Below are positions 24,895-33,818 of a stretch of 64,000 nt of DNA, piece after piece. How positions within the stretch are numbered: position 1 is the stretch's first letter; the number at the start of each line of letters is the position of its first letter. The stretch comes from Octopus vulgaris (Eukaryota), in the NCBI GenBank assembly GCA_951406725.2, contig OX597834.1, forward strand, positions 34,720,001-34,784,000. Direction: 5' to 3'. The position numbers were made by a program, and so were the translations under genes. The notes beneath the pieces were generated by a model, which searched no databases, had not been told where the DNA came from, and saw only the letters and a program-made list of their open reading frames with translations.

Positions 24895-26613
24895 ATGGCT
24901 GCTATAAACTCCAGTGACATTTCTCTGTCAGATATTGTCCGAATTGTCTCATCGCTGTCTGACATCTGTGCAAGCTCCATAGGTCCCATGTGTGAGAAGA
25001 CTCTTTTCACAACTTCTACTGGATCGGTACAGTTTGTCACTAATGGCATTGACATTCTTAATGCTTTGCAGTTTTCTCATCCAGTCGCAAAGTTTGTGGT
25101 AAATTCTCTTCAGCATGTACATTCTGTGACGGGAGATGGCAGCAAATTATTTATTCTTTATATCACTGAATTAACACGGTCTATTGAGCTGCGAGTGAAC
25201 TCTTCTTCTCAGACAAATGGCACTCAGTTCAGAGAAAATATGCGTAGAATATCTCAGGGCTTGAGAAACTTTAAGCGTCTAATAATGGAATTTGAGTTCA
25301 GAAATCGTTTATCTTTTCTCAGTTCTATCAATTCTTCTGACTTTTTACTAAGCTGTTGCCATCTGAAGCAAGTTTGTAAATCAGTTTTATTGAGTTCTTT
25401 GTCTGACAAAGAATCGGTTTATTTCTCATCTCTACTCATTGATTTTCTTAGTTATGGTGTCGAATGTACCGATTCTTTACATCAAGTCATTGACTTTACT
25501 ATTAAACACTTTGATGTATTAATTCACAAAGATATTGGTCATTGTTACAGTTCTTCAAAGGTTCTACCTGGAATACTCATACCATGTGAAGGACCATTAT
25601 CCCTTGATCTATCATCTTCCAAAGAGGAAATTGTATCAGTCATTTTGCAGAATTTCTTAACATCTGATGAAGATGCAGAAACAACCGAAGCCACGTTTAA
25701 AATAACAGAGTCTTATGAGTTCAGTTCCTTAGTGGCCTTCCAATATCACCAATGTGAGGCCTTCATCAAGCAGTGTACGCTAAACAATGTAAAACTAGTT
25801 TGCTGTTGTCATGAGATTCCAAAATTTGCTGAAACTTTGTTCCAGCAACATGGCATTTATACTATTTCTTACTTACCTGAAGAATTCTGTGAGTTTTTTC
25901 AAACTGTAACCAAAAAGCAACCTCTTTCATGTATTAGAGACTCTCTCTGTGATAGTTCACTAGTTTCATTTGGTTTACATAAAAGGATTGTCATAAATGG
26001 TTCCACGTATCTTCAAATGACGCTGCTATCTTGCCCACTTTTGGTAAATGCCTCTTCCAGTCTTATACTCACAGCACCAACGTTAGGCATGGTTCACAGC
26101 TTATCCCAACAGATCTTTAAATGTTTGAAATCTCTTAGAATGTGCTTTGAAACATTTCAAATTCTGCCATTTGATCATGAAAATATTACTAATGAAAACC
26201 TTACTGTAACTGCGCCAACCCTGTCTTCAAATATCTTTACCATTCCTGCAATGACTTTCCAAACCAAAATGTTGCAATATAGTCAGGAAAGAACTTTTAA
26301 GAATATAGCTCACAATAATGATGATGATGATGATGGTGATATTCCATGGGAAATTCTTCATGATACATTTAGAAGTGTCTGCAGGAAAGTTTGTACATCA
26401 CAAAAATTTTGTCCAATTCAAATTCAGAATTGCTTACCTGAGCCTGATGAAATAAAAATGAATAACAATAATTCTGAGGAATTCTACAAAGAAGGAAGCT
26501 GGTTACCACTATACACAGAGTTTTATATCCTGCATTCTTCACTCCAAGTGGTGATTCAGCTTTTAAATATGGACCAAATAGTCAAAGTGAAAAGCATTAA
26601 AAAAAATGTTTGA
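24895..26613 (+). CDS. BBS10: Bardet-Biedl syndrome 10 protein (chaperonin-like), 572 aa
   Basis: N-terminus SSIGPMCEKTLFTTSTGSVQFVTNGIDILNALQFSHPVAKFVV...TGDGSKLFILYI aligns by eye with human BBS10 ([43 protein letters not shown]...TGDGAKTFIIFL); CCT-like C-terminal LLNMDQIV. Confidence 0.88.
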   Translation: MAAINSSDISLSDIVRIVSSLSDICASSIGPMCEKTLFTTSTGSVQFVTNGIDILNALQFSHPVAKFVVNSLQHVHSVTGDGSKLFILYITELTRSIELRVNSSSQTNGTQFRENMRRISQGLRNFKRLIMEFEFRNRLSFLSSINSSDFLLSCCHLKQVCKSVLLSSLSDKESVYFSSLLIDFLSYGVECTDSLHQVIDFTIKHFDVLIHKDIGHCYSSSKVLPGILIPCEGPLSLDLSSSKEEIVSVILQNFLTSDEDAETTEATFKITESYEFSSLVAFQYHQCEAFIKQCTLNNVKLVCCCHEIPKFAETLFQQHGIYTISYLPEEFCEFFQTVTKKQPLSCIRDSLCDSSLVSFGLHKRIVINGSTYLQMTLLSCPLLVNASSSLILTAPTLGMVHSLSQQIFKCLKSLRMCFETFQILPFDHENITNENLTVTAPTLSSNIFTIPAMTFQTKMLQYSQERTFKNIAHNNDDDDDGDIPWEILHDTFRSVCRKVCTSQKFCPIQIQNCLPEPDEIKMNNNNSEEFYKEGSWLPLYTEFYILHSSLQVVIQLLNMDQIVKVKSIKKNV

Positions 26614-26809
26614 TTTGAAAAATAAGTGCTGACACACTTAATGCAGGGAGGATGACAACCTGGACTAAACAAGGCTACAGCTGTATCAATGAAGTAAATG
26701 TTGAACAAGGCAAAAGTCAAACCAGCCAAACAAAAGCAAGGAAGAAAAGGGAAAAGAAATTGTTTGAAATGGATTCACACAATGTAGAGAGCGTGACAGC
26801 TTGAATTAA

Positions 26810-26889
26810 ACAAGACTACACCTGTATGAGGTGAGGAACTAGACAAGACTACGCCTGTATGAGGTGAGGAACTAGACAAGACTACGCCT
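26810..26889 (+). repeat. 33-bp tandem repeat, ~2.4 copies, in the BBS10 3' UTR
   Basis: Unit ACAAGACTAC(A/G)CCTGTATGAGGTGAGGAACTAG. Confidence 0.9.
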
Positions 26890-27441
26890 ATACTGAGTGA
26901 AGTGAAGAGAACAATGTAAAAGTCAAATCGATCTAACAAAAGGAAGGGAGATAATGTAAAATAAATTATTTTTTTAAACTGGATTGACCCCAAAATGTTT
27001 CGATTTTGTATTTGGTTTGCTAGATTCCCTGATGTGAAATCGTGTGTTGAAATATATTTTATTGTATCTCAGAACCATCGTTATGCTAATAATAGATACA
27101 GGCATTGGTTCTATTACATTTCTTTATTTATCAATTGTTAATTGGTTAACCATTTTTTTCAATTAACCAATTGACTGATTAACCATTTGGTCAACCAATC
27201 AATCAGCCATTCGTAACCACATTTATTACATACCCTTATAAAAGGCAGTGAAATATAATGATAATAACAATAATAATAATAGAGCTTTTGATAAATTTTA
27301 TTCACAAAGTGTGTTTGTAATAAGATAGATCTCTGTTTAATACATTTTGTCAGAACACTAAAAACATTTGAATAATCATTTAAACAGAAAAAATAAAAAT
27401 AACAATCCTTAAAAGAACCTATTTGGTCTTTGAGCACAATT

Positions 27442-27678
27442 CTACATACTTTTGGGACACAAATTTTCTATATATGTCTCCCTTTTAGAATATAAATAAC
27501 TGAGGAAAGACGACACTCTTTCTTTCCTTTCCCTTGTGTAAGACAACTCCTTGGAATTTCGATTAATGTTGAGCTCACTCGGACAATTGTGTACATTCTC
27601 AGAGTCTTTGTGAACACATCTGTAGTCTGATTCCAGCTGGATACTTTCACATTTCTCGTGGCTATAATTGACAGCTTC
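27442..27678 (-). CDS. DHDDS: Dehydrodolichyl diphosphate synthase, last coding exon
   Basis: tctag|GAA; EAVNYSHEK...RERKERVSSFLSYLYSKRETYIENLCPKSM* (human REERVQGFLQALELKR). Confidence 0.88.
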   Translation of the reverse strand, partial: EAVNYSHEKCESIQLESDYRCVHKDSENVHNCPSELNINRNSKELSYTRERKERVSSFLSYLYSKRETYIENLCPKSM

Positions 27679-28732
27679 CTAGAAGACAAGCAGTAAGAAA
27701 AAAATTTTATCAAATATTTTGTCAGGTCAAACAAAACTTTCATTAGTAAGATAACAGGGAAACATCGTAAGTAGGATAGAAAGGGAGGAGGATGAGAAGA
27801 AATCAAATAGAATGAAATGAAATAAAACAGGATAAGATACAATAAAGTGGGGAAATGAAATAAAATACAAAGCCTTTCATGAAAGGCATATTGCAGCTGG
27901 GTTTTCATCCAACAACCATTTAACTAAAAAAAAATTCTCAGTCTAATCATTCCATCAAACATTTTGGTAAACATGCGTTCTATCGGAATTATTGCCAACA
28001 GACCAATGTACGCTTTTCCATGCTTTCATTGGTTAGATGGAATTCAGTGTGGCAGATTTTCTGCAGACAAATGCCTTGCCTGTCACCAAACCTCACTTGT
28101 TTCCAAGTAAGGTAATATTTCCCCATAGCTGGACATGTGTTCACTGCACTTTGGAAATCAATGAAACTGGTTGTATAACACTGACACTTGTTCACAACTA
28201 TCACATGACGTCAAGGCTAGGAGACAGTAACACACACAAGATAAGCTTGTTACAGTTTCTGTCCACCATATCCAATCACAAGCCATTACTCAGCCTGTGG
28301 TAATAATAGAAGACATTTGTCCAGAGAGTCAAACAGTGGGGATGAATTTGAAACTGTGAGTTGGGAAGGGAACTTCGTAACCACACAGCCATTAAGATAC
28401 TTCATAAATTTTTCCATGTACAACAGTGGTTCCCAACCTTTTCACTAGCAAGGACCCCTTTTATTTAAATGATTTATCCCACAGACCCCTTTTTTATATG
28501 CACATACACACACACACATACATATATTTGAAATTTTGAATTTAGTTCATGAACCCGTTTGCGGACCCTGTTTACAGCAAACATTTCAAATACACCCTTT
28601 GCTATTTACTCTCCAATGCACGTTGTTACTGATAAGCATTTCATCAAACAACCAACCATATCATTTAATGAATGTTTTCAAATGTCTTCACCAAACATAC
28701 TATAAATCATAAAGCTGTTACAACAAGTATGT

Positions 28733-28943
28733 TGGTTATGCTTAGTTATTTGTCCATCAATTTGAATTTGGATACACAACAAACCATCACATGCCATCAA
28801 GCATTCTATTGAACAGTTTCATCAAACAACTATTTCCTGATATCTTGGCTATGCCTAGCTGTTTGTCCAACAATTTCAGCTTGGATACACAACAAACCAT
28901 CACACACAATCAAGCATTCTACCAAACAGTTTCATCAAACAGC
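28733..28943 (+). repeat. ~112-bp imperfect tandem duplication in a DHDDS intron
   Basis: TTGG(T/C)TATGC(T/C)TAG...TTGGATACACAACAAACCATCACA...CAGTTTCATCAAACA occurs twice. Confidence 0.85.
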
Positions 28944-28984
28944 CAGTTACTCTAATATACATTAATAAATGTAAGTGTACGTAC

Positions 28985-29092
28985 TTGAATTACATCATGG
29001 CTACGTTGATACTGGAGAATAGAGAGAAATAAATGCCAAATGGAAAATTCTGGCCATAGAACATTCAAGAAGGATAAACAGCTGAAACTGCT
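28985..29092 (-). CDS. DHDDS: DHDDS coding exon 6
   Basis: SSFSCLSFLNVLWPEFSIWHLFLSILQYQRSHDVIQ; AG/GT boundaries. Confidence 0.95.
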
Positions 29093-30176
29093 CTGAAATA
29101 TAAAAAAAAAAAAAAAAAAAAAAAACTGAATGAAAAAATATCATCCTCATCTTTATTCTTATTTGGCTTTTCATGCCTTTTGGGTTTCATAAAATACAGA
29201 ACCAATGAAATAAATACTAAAGTTGGTGGTGTTTATTTACACTGGGGTACAAATATATGAAACCCAATATACCCACCATGACTACACGTTTGATAAGGGT
29301 ACACCAGGCACATGCATCACAACCACATGTGTGCCACACAGTGATCTCATATCAAGATAAACAGCGCATAACCTTGCATGTAGGGCCCAGTTAGAATTTT
29401 CTTCAGGTTGAGTAGCCCATCCTGCTCAAAAGGTCCTTGAATAGGAGTTGTTTAAGAATGTTGAACGAAACACCCATTTTTCTAGAGGTGAATTATCCAA
29501 ACCCTAAAGAATCCCTCTCAACACACGGCTATGATGCTCCTCCACTACTTCTGCTCATGATCAGAGATGCACATATCATCAGCCACTAAGGGACATGCTC
29601 AACTGGTTAAGGTCAAACAACTGACAAGCAAATCTGTGGTATTCAGCAGAATATTTGCTGTGGCTCATCTTTTATACCAAGACAAAACAATGTACATGAT
29701 AACACTTCCAATCAGTTAAGATCAGAAGCCATGAGAGCCACTGCCTGGTACTGCATCAGAGCAGTTATTATTGTTTCTACTGTTTCACCTGCTACACTTC
29801 TGTATTGCTGAAATGTGTGCAGCATTGTGTGTTATTGTTTTTTTTTTTTTGTTTGGTGTTGGGAGAATACAAACACTTCCCAGTATTGTATTGCTTCAGT
29901 TTGTTTTGTTATGGTGTTTGGCTGGGGTCTTTTGTATTAGTGTCTGTATTGTATTGTATGTGTGTGCGTTGTTGTTGTTTTCATCATCATTGTCATCATC
30001 AACAACATCATTGTTCAGTATTGAACTGGATGACCTCAGCAGATGTAGAGCAATGAATAATTAGTTTTTCATGCAATCAAATTGTATCCTTCATGTGTTT
30101 AAGAGCCAACCCCATCCCACAAAATATATAGCTAGGTGGGTGTATGGATTGGTTGTAGGTAAACGAGGTTACTTAC

Positions 30177-30291
30177 CTGCCAAGCAAGGAAGCCACTGAG
30201 TCTCACTTCACCAGATGTTCGCACTACAAGATCCGGGTTGGGAGATCTGCCACTGTACATGCAGTTTTGGAGAACCTCTTCATCAATATCA
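30177..30291 (-). CDS. DHDDS: DHDDS coding exon 5 (RTSGE motif)
   Basis: SDIDEEVLQNCMYSGRSPNPDLVVRTSGEVRLSGFLAWQ; donor GTAAGT. Confidence 0.97.
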
Positions 30292-31145
30292 CTGCATCAA
30301 AGATAGAAATACTTGTAACAATCATGTAAAAAACGTTAGTTGACAACACAACAGTTTTATATGGAATTCTTTAAAAACTTGAAAAGTAAACATGACAACT
30401 GTATTGGACTTGACTGGATTACCTATGTTCAGTCCATTGCAGGTTGAAGGCCTCAGCATGTTCTTTCCACCAACCCCAGTCTGATGTGTAAGCCATGAAT
30501 CTGAGCTTGAAATCATACTGGTTTGATAAGCCTACTCTGCCACCCTTGGCATAGGAGTGTAGTGTTTTATACTAATACCCAGGAGTAGTTAAGTCAATTA
30601 CATCAACCCCAGTGTTCGACTGGTACTTATTTTATTGACCCCGTAAGGATGAAACGCAAAGTTAGCCTCAACGGAATTTGAACTCAGAACATAAGGATGG
30701 ATGAAACACTACTAAGTATTTCATCCAGCATGCTAACAATTCTGCCAACTGCATTAATAGCACAATACAACTACACTATACTGTATGTCAGGAGAGCGAT
30801 TATGCCAATAATAAATACACACACTTGTTCTATTTCAAGGCAGTGAGCTGGCAGAATTGTTAGCATGGTGGACAAAATATGTGGTGGAATTTCATCAGCA
30901 TCTATGTCCCGAGTTCAGATGTAACTGATAAGTACATCCGTCCCCTGAAATTTCAGGTCCAGTGCCTCCAGAAGAAAGGATTATTTCTGAATAGGTTAAA
31001 TAGTTTCCCAACAAACAAATAATAAATAAGTGAAATATAATGAGTGTATGTGTTTATCATTGGCATAACGACCCACTCAAGATACACACATGTATGCACA
31101 CACACCCAAAGATGAGAAATATATACATATATATATGTATTAGTG

Positions 31146-31465
31146 AAGGTGCATGGTTTAGTAGTAAAGGCATTCAGCTCACGACCATAAGGTCATGAGT
31201 TCAATTCCTGGTGACATGTTGTGTCTTCGAGTAAGACACTTTACTTCACATTGCTTCAGTTCACTCAATTGGCAAAAATGAGTAGTACCTGTATTTCAAA
31301 GGGTCAGCCCTGTCACACTGTGTCACGCTGAATCTCTTTGAGAACTACGTTAAGAGTACATGTGTCTGTGGAGTGCTCAGCCACTTGCACGTTAATTTCA
31401 CGAGCAAGATGTTCTGTCGATCGTATCAGCTGGCACCCTTATCGTCGAAACCAACTGAGTGCTCC
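31146..31465 (+). mobile_element. tRNA-derived SINE family D (CORE-like and Deu/Nin-like central domains)
   Basis: tRNA-like head ...GAGTTCAATTCC, then AGACACTTTA..CAC and CACTTGCACGTTAA; related pieces at 17570-17800, 19125-19278 and 38971-39150. Confidence 0.75.
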
Positions 31466-31483
31466 ATATAATATATACCTTAC

Positions 31484-31585
31484 CTTGTTTTGATCAGTCC
31501 TAGCTGCACAGCTTCAGTCACTTCCTTCAAAACACAGGTTATCTCTTCTTGGGAAGAGTAAGCAATACAGATGTTTAAAATGTTC
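31484..31585 (-). CDS. DHDDS: DHDDS coding exon 4
   Basis: RNILNICIAYSSQEEITCVLKEVTEAVQLGLIKT (human FLNVCFAYTSRHEI). Confidence 0.95.
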
Positions 31586-33060
31586 CTGCAAAATTCAATG
31601 TTAGATTCTTAGTTACAATTATTTACAAATAGTTCAAAGGTACTAGAACAATAAATTTAGGTGGTTATTTTGGACCATGTGATGAGAGGAAGGGGTCAAT
31701 GTTCTCAAAGATGAATGTATGAGGTAATATTTAGGGGAATAATCTAGCAGAATAAATTTTCGTTGTGTATTTATATAGGTGCAGGAGTGGGTGTGTAATT
31801 AGTAGCTTGCTTACCAACCACATGGTTCCGGGTTCAGTTCCACTGCGTGGCACCTTTGGCTAGTGTCTTCTTCTATAGCCTCAGACTGACCAAAGCCTTG
31901 TGAGTGGATTTAGTGGGCAGAAACGTGTGTGTGTGTGTGCTTGTTCCCCCAACATCGCTTGACAACTGATGCTGGTGTGTTTACGTCCCCTGTAACCTAG
32001 CAGTTCGACAAAAGAAACCAACAGAAAAAAGTACTAGGCTTACAATATATATATGACGGGTTTCTTTCAGTTCCCATCTACCAAATCCACTCAAAAGGCA
32101 GTGGTTGGCCGAAGGCTATAGTAGGAGTCACACGCCCAATGTGCCATGCAGTGAGACTGAACCTAGAACCATGTGGTTGGGAAGCAAGCGTTTTACCACA
32201 CAGCCACGCCTACCTCTATGTTCCAAAAGTTTTCAATGCCCTACAAAACTTTTAGTGGGTACACTTGCACCCTTTGTTCTCGAGCCTATGAATAACAAAC
32301 CATTGAAGGAACTCTGTATAGTGGTTGATCTGCTAGAAACAGCAGTCGAATTCTATTAAATCACCTCCTAACGTCTTTAAAAAGAAAGAGCATATAGAAA
32401 AGTAGATAGGATAGTCATGGCTAGAACACCTTCAATCAAATTTGTGATGAACCAGGGCTGATTTGGAGTAACGCTGCGATGGACTGGCGTCCCGTCCAGC
32501 TGGGGAACACATATACCATTGAAACCGGACCCATGAGCCTGGCTTGGCTTTGAAAGGGCGCATTAATTAATTAATTTATTTATTATATATATGTAATAAT
32601 TCAATCATATAATATGAACTTTATCGAATTTTGTTACATGGGAAATTCCCTGATCCGTGGTGCAAATAATGCTAGGAGATGCTGCCCTTAGTATCGGGCC
32701 CGATGCAAAGAACCGAACAACAGCAAAAGTAGTGATAATGGTGGGGGTAGCAGTAGTAAGAATAACAGCAGAGGTGAGAAGTCGGCAAGCAACCATCGCT
32801 TATTTCCCTTCATTACACACAAACAAAGCAGGACCAGCCTCTCTTATCTCCCTTCATCTTCCACAAGAATGGTAAGATATCGGGGCAAGTGCGACAAGAG
32901 ACGACGAAGCACCAACCCTCCCTACCACGCTTCTGTCGAACTCTACGAATAATCTATTCTCACAGGCGTTTAAAAAATTACCACCCATTCACAATTAGGT
33001 GGAACAATCGACAATTAGAACAACAGCAGAATTATCTTCGGACGTTTATACAGTAACATT

Positions 33061-33118
33061 ATGCAAATAAGATGCAACTGTAATTTTATACACACCGTAT
33101 ACTCTAAGTATATAAATA
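33061..33118 (+). promoter_or_regulatory. Putative Pol III type-3 promoter elements (octamer, PSE-like, TATA)
   Basis: ATGCAAAT 33061-33068; ACACCGTATACTCTAAGT resembles the U6 PSE; TATATAAATA 33109-33118, starting 31 nt upstream of G33140. Confidence 0.5.
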
Positions 33119-33139
33119 AGTTGCAGATTAGTAATTATT

Positions 33140-33323
33140 GAGGTCCGCGGTTACAGGTATTGATAACGTTCATTCTCCCTTTTCTCATTAGGAAGTGCGC
33201 GACTCAGTCTATCACCTTTATACAGTCTAGGCCTGTCGATCTTGCTAAGTTGATCCCGAATACCTCCATTCGGTCTCTTTAACTTAAACCAATGACCCTG
33301 TAGCGAACTTGACCTTACTTTTT
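33140..33323 (+). ncRNA. Candidate Y RNA-like Pol III transcript
   Basis: 5' GAGGUC-C-G pairs with 3' UUGACCUU (bulged C); upper stem GUUACAGG/CCUGUAGC and UAUUG/CAAUG; T5 terminator at 33319-33323; TATA at -31. Confidence 0.6.
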
Positions 33324-33404
33324 GTTTTTAAAAAATTTTTTTTTTCAGAGGAAATCGCTTCAAATTTTCGGTTTTGCGCATTCGTTCAAATTCTTCAGAT
33401 TATT

Positions 33405-33818
33405 GGATCTTTTCGGTTTGAACGGCAGTTTTTTTTAAAAATAATTTCCACGTAACTAAACACTTTTAAACTTCGTATACTGGTAGAATGTGTTTATAAA
33501 ACATCTTTTTCTCTTGGCTTTATTGAGAAAATTCTATGGTTTGTAAGATATTTGTTGTTGTTTTTTTCTGCAATTTCAACCAATCAATGACGTCTATTGA
33601 GGTAAAAAAACAAAAATATTCTGTGCCGTATGAATATGTCCCTCGTTTAAGAAACAGATTGGGTTTATTTACATTCGTGAAGAAAAAAAAGATACCCTTC
33701 CCCCCACCTCTAACCCTAAAACAGATTGAAATGCAATAGATCGATACTAGGGTCATAATTATGGGTGACAATTTCATGACACCGCTAGAAAAAACTGCCG
33801 TTCAAACCGAAAAGATCC
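33405..33818. mobile_element. Merlin-like non-autonomous DNA transposon (MITE)
   Basis: Perfect 30-bp TIR GGATCTTTTCGGTTTGAACGGCAGTTTTTT; 8-bp TSD AGATTATT (33397-33404 and 33819-33826). Confidence 0.85.

Noticed and set aside
27442-27462. Possible CaaX prenylation signal at the DHDDS C-terminus (LCPKSM)
   Set aside because: The cysteine is fifth from the end, not fourth.
27468-27908. 146-aa minus-strand ORF
   Set aside because: It overlaps the real DHDDS last exon in a different frame; the spliced frame matches DHDDS homologs.
33140-33323. Alternative identities for the ncRNA (intronic snoRNA sense to DHDDS, vault, 7SK, telomerase RNA)
   Set aside because: No C/D or H/ACA boxes in proper position on the - strand, no vault A/B boxes, no 7SK-type ends and no telomeric template. 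The TATA and oligo-T favour the + strand.
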